Below the pieces are notes generated by a model. That model searched no databases, was not told the origin of the DNA, and was given only the letters and a program-made list of their open reading frames with translations. Both the position numbers and the translations under genes were made by a program. Positions 46,822 to 56,022 of a DNA stretch of 64,000 nucleotides are shown here, piece after piece. The stretch's first letter is position 1; every line of letters begins with the position of its first letter. This DNA comes from Candidatus Spechtbacteria bacterium (GTDB lineage: Bacteria; Patescibacteriota; Minisyncoccia; Spechtbacterales; JACPHP01), in NCBI GenBank assembly GCA_016188605.1, contig JACPHP010000009.1, forward strand, positions 24,786 to 88,785, given 5' to 3'.

Positions 46822-48639
46822 CTATTGTGCAACTTCTTCTGCGGGTTCATTTTCCAACTCCTCCCTCGCTTTTTCTATCTGCAATAATTGCACCGGGTCA
46901 GATGTAATTATTTGGTCTTCAGTGTAAGAGGCAATAACCTTAATTGCCACATGTTTTGTGCCTGCAAAGAAGAGTCCCTCCCCCACCGCGCCCTCAAGCA
47001 GTAAGTATTTTTCTTCATCCGTGAGGTGAAAGGTATTTTGCACAACATCGATAGAGGCGGGCGACTGCTTTAGCAAAAGCTGTAGTGATGAGTTAGTCAC
47101 AATGGGTTTACCGTAATTAGACACCATAAAATCGCTAACATCTTGGCTGATAGTAGTAAGCCCCATGTAGTATTTGCGGCAGCGCTTGGCGATGGCATAA
47201 AGAAACGCCGCGCTATTTTCGTGTTGCATCATCCACCACGCCTCGTCAATAATTAACACGCGTTTTTTGAGAGTTCGGCGAATTGTGTCCCAAATGTAGT
47301 GCAGAATGAGAAACATGGCGACGGGGCGAAGTTCGTCTTCCATGTCGCGGATATTAAATACCACAAGCTGGCTATCAAGATTTATATTCGTCGGCTGGTT
47401 CAAGAATCCAGCGTAAATTCCTTCCACATACGGTTGTAGGCGCAGAGCAAGCGATTCCGCTCCCTCAATATTTTGTAACACCGTATAAAGATCACCCATG
47501 CGCGGCGGTACTATTCCTTCAAAATTTTCTCTTTCTGGAGTTATGTCACGCGAGGCGTATGTTTGGGTTATTGCTTGATCGAGCAAGGATTCTTCTTCTG
47601 GTGTCATGGTTCCTAGCATAACTTTCACCAGGCCCATTAGGGTTACGACGGTACTGCGCAGCACATCAGACGCATTTTCATCGGTACCAACCGGTGGCAG
47701 GTCAAAAGGATTAATATGATGTTCGGACGTTAGCGAGAGTTTGAAAAACGACCCGCCGACAGTTTCTGCAAGATATTGGTATTCGTTTTCAGGGTCAATT
47801 ACCAGTACGTCGTCGCCAAACATTAAGGAGCGCAATATTTCTAGCTTAATAGCATAGCTTTTTCCAGCACCAGATTTTCCAAAAACTACAGCGTTGGCGT
47901 TCTCCAAAGAGAATCTATCAAAAAGAATTAAACTGGAGTTGTGGCGATTAATGCCATACAATATACCCTTGTCTGCCGTTAAATCAAAAGAAACAAAGGG
48001 AAATATTGATGAAAGCGGGCTGGTATTTAAGCTGCTATATATAAGAAGCTCATCAAACAGAACCGGCAGAGAGGAATTGAATCCAGCTGTTTGCTGATAA
48101 AGAGCGGGTTTCATGTACACCATGCGGCTTTCAAGCACCGCGCGAACCTCAGACTCTATCTGCTCAAGTCCTTTTTCTGAAGTGGCATAAATAGTAATGT
48201 ATAAGCCAAACTTAAACATTTTTTCTTCCGCTTGTTGAAGCTTATCGCGCAGTTCTTCAATATTTTGGTAGGCGGCATCAAGGATAGGGTCGCGTATCAG
48301 GCCTTTTTCCGAACGCTCCATCAGGTCTGCTTCAACCGAAGTAATCTGCCGCTCAAGGGTTTTTAATATCTGTTCTGTGGACAATGGGTGGATAAACATT
48401 GAAACATCCACTGCATTACCCATGTTTATTATCGGCGAGAACCAGTTAGTGGTTAAAAAACGAGGATAGCTGAATACAAAAAGCGTTCTCGCGTAGCTGT
48501 CGCCGAGTTTTATGAAAGAGGCGTTAATTTCAAGCGCGGCAGGCGCTATAATATCGCGCAGAGTTTGCAGTTGCTGTTTGTTAGCCTCTGGGCTCTGCGC
48601 AAGCGCGTTTTCAAATTGTTGATTGGTATCTTTTGGCAT
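46822..48639 (-). CDS. VirB4/TraC-like type IV secretion ATPase (DUF87)
   Basis: YGINRHNSSLILFDRF, GKSGAGKSY, IDPENEY, IDEAW, RCRKY. Confidence 0.9.
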   Translation of the reverse strand: MPKDTNQQFENALAQSPEANKQQLQTLRDIIAPAALEINASFIKLGDSYARTLFVFSYPRFLTTNWFSPIINMGNAVDVSMFIHPLSTEQILKTLERQITSVEADLMERSEKGLIRDPILDAAYQNIEELRDKLQQAEEKMFKFGLYITIYATSEKGLEQIESEVRAVLESRMVYMKPALYQQTAGFNSSLPVLFDELLIYSSLNTSPLSSIFPFVSFDLTADKGILYGINRHNSSLILFDRFSLENANAVVFGKSGAGKSYAIKLEILRSLMFGDDVLVIDPENEYQYLAETVGGSFFKLSLTSEHHINPFDLPPVGTDENASDVLRSTVVTLMGLVKVMLGTMTPEEESLLDQAITQTYASRDITPERENFEGIVPPRMGDLYTVLQNIEGAESLALRLQPYVEGIYAGFLNQPTNINLDSQLVVFNIRDMEDELRPVAMFLILHYIWDTIRRTLKKRVLIIDEAWWMMQHENSAAFLYAIAKRCRKYYMGLTTISQDVSDFMVSNYGKPIVTNSSLQLLLKQSPASIDVVQNTFHLTDEEKYLLLEGAVGEGLFFAGTKHVAIKVIASYTEDQIITSDPVQLLQIEKAREELENEPAEEVAQ

Positions 48640-48698
48640 GAGTTATATTCAAATTAACCTCATCTAACAGTTTAGGTGTTTTTTGGTTAGTAAAATAG

Positions 48699-48812
48699 TA
48701 TCTCAGATCTCAAATCGTAAATCTCAAAACTGAAATTTAAATCTCAAAACTACACGTGAAGATTTTAGATTTGAGTTGTAGATTTGAGATTTAAGATTTG
48801 AGTTTTGAGATA
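48699..48812. repeat. Heptamer element family A (no nested insert)
   Basis: TATCTCAGATCTCAAA...TTTTGAGATA. Confidence 0.88.
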
Positions 48813-48815
48813 ACT

Positions 48816-49481
48816 TTATTCTGGTGCGGTATAACTTTCTTCAAGAGGTTTCATCATAGCGCGTTTTTTAAGGCCTTGTGGGTTATATAGATTCCAGAAA
48901 AGGACAATCAGCTCTTCTGTTTCAAGTTGTTTGGTAAGTAAGCCCATGCGATGAAGACCAGCCGCGACAAAATCTAGGCGTTGTTCAAGCTGTGTGCGGT
49001 AATGAGCAAATTGTTGTTCCTTTAATTCTTCGCCCCCGCCGCCAATACCGAACATTCCCAGCAATCCCTTCCCTCCCCCGCTGGTTATAGCACCTTGCTC
49101 AAAAGGGTTTAGAGGAGCTACGACAAAAAAATCAGTGGAGACAATATTTGTGGTTTCAACAAATTCTTTTATAAACTTGCGATACTCTTGTGTCTGTATG
49201 CGTAAAAGGTCGTTATTTTGACGGGATTCAAGATCGGCAAGCGTGGCGATATATTCATCAATATTTAAGAATCGCGAATTGATGAATATCTGTATGTCAA
49301 AATCAAGTGAATTCAGAAAGCTTTGAAACGCGAAGATAATCGCGTCTTGCTCTTCCTGCGATTTTAACGCGAAGTTGATGCTGGACACGCGAAGCACGCC
49401 GCGCATTCCCCCGCCCTTGAGGATGAGGACGCCATCGCGGATTGCGTCAATACGGACAAAGTTTTGAGTGGAGAAAGCCAT
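48816..49481 (-). CDS. TraC/VirB4 N-terminal-like accessory protein of CPR T4SS cluster
   Basis: STQ.F..I..IRDG..ILK, SINFALKS.EEQ.AII..FQ.FLNSLDF; precedes VirB4. Confidence 0.75.
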   Translation of the reverse strand: MAFSTQNFVRIDAIRDGVLILKGGGMRGVLRVSSINFALKSQEEQDAIIFAFQSFLNSLDFDIQIFINSRFLNIDEYIATLADLESRQNNDLLRIQTQEYRKFIKEFVETTNIVSTDFFVVAPLNPFEQGAITSGGGKGLLGMFGIGGGGEELKEQQFAHYRTQLEQRLDFVAAGLHRMGLLTKQLETEELIVLFWNLYNPQGLKKRAMMKPLEESYTAPE

Positions 49482-49484
49482 AAC

Positions 49485-49604
49485 AATTTAAATTACAAAG
49501 TCCAAATTACAAATGTCAAAGTAATGTCAAAGTTTAAAGTTTTGACATTTGGCATTTAGTCATTTGAAATTGATTTGTAATTTGACATTTGGATTTTGAA
49601 ATTT
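49485..49604. repeat. Heptamer inverted-repeat element family C (TGTCAAA/TTTGACA units)
   Basis: TTACAAA GTCCAAA TTACAAA TGTCAAA GTAA TGTCAAA, mirrored. Confidence 0.8.
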
Positions 49605-50004
49605 ATTTTTTGTCTATCCTCTGTGCCAACTGTTGTATCTGTTCTCGAGTAACCGAAGCACCCGGCCGAGCAAACTGACCCACCTCTTTTTTGATCTTAG
49701 TCGGTGTTTCCGCTTGTTTTTGCGGCGCTCTAGTCCATACGTATACGCGCGGCGAGACAGTAAAGGTAAGGAAATTCATGAAAAAATCAGCAAAGGGTTT
49801 CTCGTTTACGCGTACAAAAGCAAGCACAAGAGTCACGATTGAAATAATTATCGCGACAGGGAAGAAAAGAAAAGACTCTAGTATAAAATATAGGCCGACA
49901 ATAACCGCGCCCGCCCCGACAACCGTTAGTGTTTGGGGCAAGGTGAGCGATGCGAGAATTTTCTCCTCAAGATCAATGAATTTTGGGACTTGGAATTGCT
50001 GCAT
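49603..50004 (-). CDS. PrgI family (VirB3-like) protein
   Basis: QFQVPKFID.E.KI...LT..Q, two TMs, P.VYVW. Confidence 0.8.
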   Translation of the reverse strand: MQQFQVPKFIDLEEKILASLTLPQTLTVVGAGAVIVGLYFILESFLFFPVAIIISIVTLVLAFVRVNEKPFADFFMNFLTFTVSPRVYVWTRAPQKQAETPTKIKKEVGQFARPGASVTREQIQQLAQRIDKK

Positions 50005-50006
50005 AC

Positions 50007-50366
50007 TTAAGATTGAGTACCCACGTCTTCTTCGGCGGCGCGGGGTATGTTATGAGTCTTCCTAAGATAGTCGCCAATTTTTACAAAAAGTTTATCGCGA
50101 ACCTCGTATGCTAATTGTCTAGCAGTAGTTTCAGGAAGTCCAAGCTCTACCTGAAGAGTTTCGCGATATTTCTGGACAGGAATTAAACCCATAATTACAT
50201 AATCGGTTATTTGCGAGAAGGTATAAACTTTATCTGGTATGTTGTATTCTCGCACTAGATAAAAAAATAGATCTGTTAGATTCTCATCCCAAAGTAAATC
50301 CTTAACTTCATCTGGAAGGTCTCTATATTGCAGCCAAAATTGTTCTTGAGAATAATTGGTAAGCAT
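50007..50366 (-). CDS. Hypothetical protein
   Basis: Clean ORF co-directional within cluster. Confidence 0.6.
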   Translation of the reverse strand: MLTNYSQEQFWLQYRDLPDEVKDLLWDENLTDLFFYLVREYNIPDKVYTFSQITDYVIMGLIPVQKYRETLQVELGLPETTARQLAYEVRDKLFVKIGDYLRKTHNIPRAAEEDVGTQS

Positions 50367-50378
50367 CGCATTATGGCA

Positions 50379-52862
50379 TTACGTTCCTCTCTTATTGTAT
50401 ATTTGTTGAAGTATCTTAATATAAGCCGCTCGTCGTGCTGGCGAAGGTTCATCTTGTATAGCATCGTTTACAGCCTTTCGATATCGTTCAAGATTTTCCG
50501 GCGTTTCGTTAAGATTGTACGTGGCTTCAGTCTGTTCTACTTGCGCGCGTAAACGATTTTGTTGTTCTTCTAACTCGGCCTTGTACTGTTCTTTTTGTGC
50601 TTGCTCCGCTTCTTTTTTAGCCGCTTCTGCTTTGGTGACAAAATTAGCGTTTTTACCACTCTCTGATGTAGGCGGAGTTGGCGCAGGCGTTGGCTTAGAA
50701 ACAAAATCTCCCTCTGGTGTTCTTGTAATATTATGTTGCTCCATTATTCTATCAAGGTCTTCCTGGCTCATAGATTCACCAGTAGTAGCCGTTGGTAGTG
50801 GAGGAGGTGTTTGTACTGAAGGGGGAGTTTGAACTGGAGTAGCGGCCGTAGGTTTTGGAGAGCTTGGTGGTGTAGGCGGCGGAGTTGGCGCGGGTGTTGG
50901 ACCAGATGGTGGTTGTTGCCATGGAGGAACAATAGTTCCAGGTTGGCTTGCGCCTCCTGCTCCAGGAGTTGCGCCGGGCGTTCCTTCACCCGCAGTCGTG
51001 CCACCACTCCCCGGAGTTGGTATATACATATTAGGTATTCTCGGGTCGATTTGTTGCGCCTGGAAAGTTGCTGTAAATTGAGCAAACTTTTTATTTTCAT
51101 TATTAAACTTCAGAAGCGCCGCAGGGTCGTTATATATTTTAATAAGCTGATCAACCACCGCATCCATAACATCCGGGTTATAGTTATCATGAATGTTTCT
51201 TAAATGCGTTGCTTGAATACCCCATACCCAATCTGCCACATTATTCTTTATTTCATCAGGAGAGATTTTATCTGGATCAAACCTGCCAGGAGTAGGGATT
51301 TTGTTTACTTTTTTCGGCGCCATTCCTCTAGCAAGACCAGCACCCATAGCCGCGCCAGCTGGACCTAGGCCAGCTAATTGTTTTTGTGCAAATGGCACAG
51401 ATCCCTTAACCGCTTCCCCTGCTTTTTTCTTGCCAGCCGTGTATCCCGCCTTGGCTTGAGATTTAACATATTTGCCAGCCGTCGTAGCGCCAGGAACTTG
51501 ACCTAATACACTACCAACTTTTCCTGCTACCGTGCTAGCCTTTGTTTTAGCGCCAGCATAAGCCCCCCCAATTTTTTGACCTACAGGAGTGCCGGCAATT
51601 CTGGTTTTTGCCGCGCGATAGCCCGTGCGGCCAACACCAACAGTAGCTCGGCCAGTTTTCTTTCCCATCCAAGTACCTGCCGCAGTTCCCCATTTTGTGC
51701 CATTGCTGACGATAAGCTTTGATCCTACCGCGCTAAATGAGAAGCTGATCATGAACCCGACGAACAGTGTGCCGATTGCAAACAGTAGCATGATGGCATT
51801 GCACATATTGGCATTCTGCAAAATGGTGAGGCCAGTTCCAGTCGTCGCATCATACGCTGTAATTGTATTGTATGATCCAGTAATGCCAGAGGGATTAGTA
51901 AAGGAAAAGTTAGTACACAGCGCGTTTCCTGATGCAATGAATCTCGCCGCCAGCCAGTAGAATAGTCCCAGTGGAATGGGTAATATTGCCCACTGGAAAA
52001 AATTACCCCACCATTGGCTAAAGTATTTTCTTGTTTCAGGAAGAATATATGCTACAAACGCAAGCGGTGAGATGATAACCAGAATCCACACAGCAAGAAT
52101 TCGTATGAGTATGAGCAGAGACATTGCTACAAACGCGGCTATTGAAAGAATATGGAAAATCACATCAACCAAAGCTTGGGCGAATACTCCAAACGCGACG
52201 CCGACGTCACCGGTAAATATTGTTTTAAGAGCCGTTAGCCATATTGAGCCAAGTGTGCTGAACGCGGGCAAGAAAAGCTTCCATCCCCCGCCAGCTCCAC
52301 CAGCATCAAAAAATATTTTTGTAAGAATGTTTGTGACATCTATAATAAAGCCAGTTATTACGGGTGTGAAGTTAATGAGTAGCGCAATTCCAATAAAGGG
52401 TATTAAAAGTTTTCGCCATCGTTCCGTTCCCAATTCCAGTATTGTGCTAACCGCAATTGCAATTAGCACAAACACAAGTCCTATATTTGCCAGATCGCGC
52501 ATCACGCCCCACGCGATTGTAATAACAGTGTTCGCAGCCGCCGGGTTTGCGGGGGTGTAGGGGACGGCAAGAGAAAAATTAATTATTGCGTCCATCACAG
52601 CGCCCATAATAATTGCAAAAACGGTAAGTATCGTACTGATGATGACAAGAATGGTTGTTACGATTGCAACAAGTAACGCAGTGAGGCGAGATGCAAAGAA
52701 CCCAACTATAGCATCGTAGAATGCATCTCCAATAACATTGGCAGAAGCTATGTGGGTTGGCATCAACAGACCAATAGAAACTAAACAAAACAAGGATAAC
52801 AAAATTACCGCAGTGCTTTGTGTGGAATGCTTGGTGAAAAATTTCACTATAGATTTCATCAC
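50379..52862 (-). CDS. VirB6/TrbL-like multi-TM protein with Ala/Gly- and Pro-rich C-terminus
   Basis: W...RDLANI, ALLINF, R.....IL.I.SPLAF....LP.T......WW. Confidence 0.75.
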   Translation of the reverse strand: MMKSIVKFFTKHSTQSTAVILLSLFCLVSIGLLMPTHIASANVIGDAFYDAIVGFFASRLTALLVAIVTTILVIISTILTVFAIIMGAVMDAIINFSLAVPYTPANPAAANTVITIAWGVMRDLANIGLVFVLIAIAVSTILELGTERWRKLLIPFIGIALLINFTPVITGFIIDVTNILTKIFFDAGGAGGGWKLFLPAFSTLGSIWLTALKTIFTGDVGVAFGVFAQALVDVIFHILSIAAFVAMSLLILIRILAVWILVIISPLAFVAYILPETRKYFSQWWGNFFQWAILPIPLGLFYWLAARFIASGNALCTNFSFTNPSGITGSYNTITAYDATTGTGLTILQNANMCNAIMLLFAIGTLFVGFMISFSFSAVGSKLIVSNGTKWGTAAGTWMGKKTGRATVGVGRTGYRAAKTRIAGTPVGQKIGGAYAGAKTKASTVAGKVGSVLGQVPGATTAGKYVKSQAKAGYTAGKKKAGEAVKGSVPFAQKQLAGLGPAGAAMGAGLARGMAPKKVNKIPTPGRFDPDKISPDEIKNNVADWVWGIQATHLRNIHDNYNPDVMDAVVDQLIKIYNDPAALLKFNNENKKFAQFTATFQAQQIDPRIPNMYIPTPGSGGTTAGEGTPGATPGAGGASQPGTIVPPWQQPPSGPTPAPTPPPTPPSSPKPTAATPVQTPPSVQTPPPLPTATTGESMSQEDLDRIMEQHNITRTPEGDFVSKPTPAPTPPTSESGKNANFVTKAEAAKKEAEQAQKEQYKAELEEQQNRLRAQVEQTEATYNLNETPENLERYRKAVNDAIQDEPSPARRAAYIKILQQIYNKRGT

Positions 52863-52894
52863 TATCTATTGTAGCACAAGAGTGCCTGTGCTGA

Positions 52895-53779
52895 TTACAG
52901 TGGATATCTATTGACGAGAGTTTTCCACTCGTTAAGCGATAATGTTTCGGGACGGCGAGTTTGTTCAATATCGTTTTGAGCAAGCCATATCGTTATTTTT
53001 TCTTTTGGCAGGCCGAGCCCTTGCGATAAGGTTTTTTGTAGCTGTTGGCGCGGGTGTGCAAACCCAGCTTTGGCGATTTTGAAGAACAACGGAATATCTT
53101 TTTCTGCTATGACTGGGCTAGGATAGACATCCACAACTAATAATGCGGAATCAACTGTAGGTTGCGGCCAAAAAGCGCCCTTGGAAACTATGCGTACAAT
53201 AGTAGGGTTGCCATATAATTGCACGGAAAGAGCCAAAAGATTCATCCCGTTAGAGGTAGAGCGGCGCTGTGAGCCCTCGCGACCTCTAACGGGATTCATG
53301 TCTGGGGTCTTTGCGCAAATCTTCTGCGCTACTTCTTTTTGGATAATAACAGCGATTCGACTTGGGCGAATCGGCTCTTCATCAAGGAATTTACGGAATA
53401 GACGGGCTGTTAAATAATAAGGAGGCGTTCCGACGAGTTTGTAGTCCTGTATTCTGTATTCCGTATTCTGTATTCTCAGTGCGTCGCCCTCGATAATTTC
53501 TATATTCTTATAGTTTGCCGTTTGCTCGCGCAGAATAGGAATTAATGCGCGATCTTTTTCAATTGTCACGACGCGGCCAACGTATTTTGCTATTTCTGTC
53601 GTAACCGTGCCTAGTCCGCCGCCTATCTCAAGCACTGTATCGTTTTTATCTAGCTGTGCCGCGGCGATTAGAGCGTTAAGAATATCTTGATTAACCAAAA
53701 AATTCTGCCCAAGCCGCTTGTTTGGCATTAAAATATCATGTTGCAGGTAGATTTCTTTGATTTCAGAGGGCGTTAGCAT
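52895..53779 (-). CDS. rsmA: 16S rRNA dimethyltransferase RsmA/KsgA with two in-frame inserts
   Basis: KRLGQNFL, VLEIGGGLG, EKD, PYYLT, QKEVA, F.PQP.VDS, RRPETLS. Confidence 0.93.
   Translation of the reverse strand: MLTPSEIKEIYLQHDILMPNKRLGQNFLVNQDILNALIAAAQLDKNDTVLEIGGGLGTVTTEIAKYVGRVVTIEKDRALIPILREQTANYKNIEIIEGDALRIQNTEYRIQDYKLVGTPPYYLTARLFRKFLDEEPIRPSRIAVIIQKEVAQKICAKTPDMNPVRGREGSQRRSTSNGMNLLALSVQLYGNPTIVRIVSKGAFWPQPTVDSALLVVDVYPSPVIAEKDIPLFFKIAKAGFAHPRQQLQKTLSQGLGLPKEKITIWLAQNDIEQTRRPETLSLNEWKTLVNRYPL
53246..53293. mobile_element. 48-bp MITE-like element with 12-bp TIRs and 6-bp target duplication inside rsmA
   Basis: CCCGTTAGAGGT...ACCTCTAACGGG flanked by ATTCAT at 53240-53245 and 53294-53299. 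Confidence 0.85.
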
Positions 53780-53783
53780 AAGC

Positions 53784-53875
53784 AATCAACGAATAACGAA
53801 TCCTGTGCGAATATACGAATACTCCACTGTAGTCAATTCGTTTATTCGTAACGGATTCGTTATTCGTTGATGATT
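53784..53875. repeat. Inverted-repeat element family D (AACGAAT units)
   Basis: Near-identical inverted copy at 60928-61017. Confidence 0.85.
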
Positions 53876-53882
53876 AAGATTG

Positions 53883-55805
53883 TTATCCCCACTCAATCAC
53901 CTCCTCTTCCCCACTATCGATATGGTCAATTGGGCGAAAGTCGATGAGGTGTTCCGGTATATCAAACAAGAAAGACGACGGCGGGTTAGCGTGCACCGAG
54001 CCAAACACCATGCGGGTACGGGCAAAGGTGAAGTACAGGCGCTGTTTGGCGCGTGTAATGCCTACATAGCAGAGACGGCGTTCTTCTTCAAGCTCTGATT
54101 GTGAAGTAGCGCTGCGGCTGTGCGGGAAAACTCCCTCCTCGCAGCCGGCGATAAACACTACGGAAAATTCAAGGCCCTTGGCGGCGTGAAGCGTCATAAG
54201 AGAAACGCGATCCTTGTTATAGCGACCATCCGCCTCCTGCACCAGAGCCACTTTTTCTAGAAACTGGGTTAATGCCTCTCGGGGCGGCGTGTCTTTGTAG
54301 AATTCAGCCGCGCTGATGAGTTCGCCTATGTTCTCCCAGCGCTCTTCCCCCTCTTTAGTACCATCACGTAGATACTTTTCATAACCCATTTCCTTTGCCA
54401 CCTTTGTAATTAAAAGATGTGGTGGTGTTGTTTGCATCTCACCGCGCAGAGTTTCTATCTGTTCCAAGAAGCGCGTTGCTTGCGTTGGTTCTTTGTCTGA
54501 ACCAATTTTTTCCCGCGCTACCTTGCCAATGCCGCGAGGAGGTGTGTTTATAATACGGTTCAACGCGGCAATGTCTTTAGGATTAGCCAGTAACCGCAAA
54601 TACGAGATTATATCTTTAACCTCTTTGCGCTTGTAGAACTGCACGCCGCCTATTAGCACATAAGGAAAATCGTATCGCAAAAATGCCTCTTCCAGGGCGC
54701 GCGATTGGGCGTTTGTTCGATATAGTATTGCGCATTCAGATAGCGGTACACGCAGTTCGCGCACGGCACGTTCAATCTCTGCGATTATATACCCCCCCTC
54801 TTCTTGTTCATTGTCCAACTCTTTTAGAATAATTTTTTTTCCTTCGCCATTGTTTGTCCAAAGAGTTTTTTTTGTTTTGTATTGGTTGCGATCAATTACT
54901 GCGGTTGCGGCATCAAGAATAATTTGGGTTGAGCGGTAGTTTTGGTCGAGAATAACCACTTTGGCATCGGACCAGTCTTTTTCAAAGCGCAAAATGTTGC
55001 GGAAGTCGGCTCCACGCCAAGAATAAATGCTTTGGCTGTCATCCCCAACGCAGCAGACATTATGGTGTTTTTGTGCTAGCTGGCGGATAAGTTTGTACTG
55101 CGCGCCGTTAGTGTCTTGGTATTCATCTACTAATATATATTGGAATTGATTTTGGTAGCGTTCCAGCACGTCGGGGTTTCTCTCAAATAAAAGCACGGTC
55201 TGAAACAAGAGGTCGCCAAAATCCATGGCATTGTGATCTTTGAGTGTTTGTTGATATATAGGATAAACCTTAGCCACAAGGTTTTTAGGATAATCGGTGG
55301 CTATATTTTCAAATTCAATAGGCCCCAGCAATTCGTCTTTGGCGCGGCTGATGGTATCCATAACTTTTTGAGGCGGATGTTCTTTGACCGACAGCTTTAC
55401 TCGATCCATTGCATTTTTAATAATGCGCAGCTGGTCATCATCATCATATACAGTAAAATGCGGCGTATAACCGAGTAGACTGCCGGTATCGCGCAGAATT
55501 TTAGCGCAGATACTGTGGAATGTGCCCATCGCAGGCGCGCCCCAAAGGGGCGCGCCTGCGATGCAAAGTTCATTTTGGCGCAAAAGCGCATTCACCCGTT
55601 CTTTCATTTCCCCCGCCGCTTTGTTGGTGAATGTCACCGCTAGAATGTGATGCGGGGCAATGCCTTGTTGGATAAGATGGGCAATGCGGTGCGTGATGGT
55701 TTTGGTTTTACCAGATCCAGGACCTGCAATAATAAGAAGCGGCCCGTTTATAATAGAAGCCGCTTGTTTTTGTTTGTCATTTAGGGAATCCAGGAAATTT
55801 TCCAT
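53883..55805 (-). CDS. pcrA: UvrD/PcrA DNA helicase
   Basis: AGPGSGKT, VDEYQDTN, VGDDSQSIYSWRGA, TLHAAKGLEF, EERRLCYVGITRA. Confidence 0.95.
   Translation of the reverse strand: MENFLDSLNDKQKQAASIINGPLLIIAGPGSGKTKTITHRIAHLIQQGIAPHHILAVTFTNKAAGEMKERVNALLRQNELCIAGAPLWGAPAMGTFHSICAKILRDTGSLLGYTPHFTVYDDDDQLRIIKNAMDRVKLSVKEHPPQKVMDTISRAKDELLGPIEFENIATDYPKNLVAKVYPIYQQTLKDHNAMDFGDLLFQTVLLFERNPDVLERYQNQFQYILVDEYQDTNGAQYKLIRQLAQKHHNVCCVGDDSQSIYSWRGADFRNILRFEKDWSDAKVVILDQNYRSTQIILDAATAVIDRNQYKTKKTLWTNNGEGKKIILKELDNEQEEGGYIIAEIERAVRELRVPLSECAILYRTNAQSRALEEAFLRYDFPYVLIGGVQFYKRKEVKDIISYLRLLANPKDIAALNRIINTPPRGIGKVAREKIGSDKEPTQATRFLEQIETLRGEMQTTPPHLLITKVAKEMGYEKYLRDGTKEGEERWENIGELISAAEFYKDTPPREALTQFLEKVALVQEADGRYNKDRVSLMTLHAAKGLEFSVVFIAGCEEGVFPHSRSATSQSELEEERRLCYVGITRAKQRLYFTFARTRMVFGSVHANPPSSFLFDIPEHLIDFRPIDHIDSGEEEVIEWG
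55527..55563. repeat. Perfect 17-bp-stem hairpin in frame within pcrA
   Basis: CATCGCAGGCGCGCCCC AAA GGGGCGCGCCTGCGATG. Confidence 0.8.
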
Positions 55806-56022
55806 AATTTTAATCATATCGTACTGGTGGTGTTTTTCCAAATTTAATAGTTTGCGATTACCTTAAAAAAGTATCTTAGGGCGCGTGCGTTCGCGCACGC
55901 GCCCCTTCGTGTTTTATCCACCCGTCCAAGGCTTGACCTACCAGCTACCAAAATGCTAGGATACTAAAGTTAAGGCAAATGCCTTTTTTGTTTGCAATTT
56001 TGTTCTTCAGTCGGTCGTTCGA

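Noticed and set aside
46822-52862. Integrative conjugative element or prophage
   Set aside because: No integrase, relaxase, att sites or phage genes; cluster is embedded among core genes
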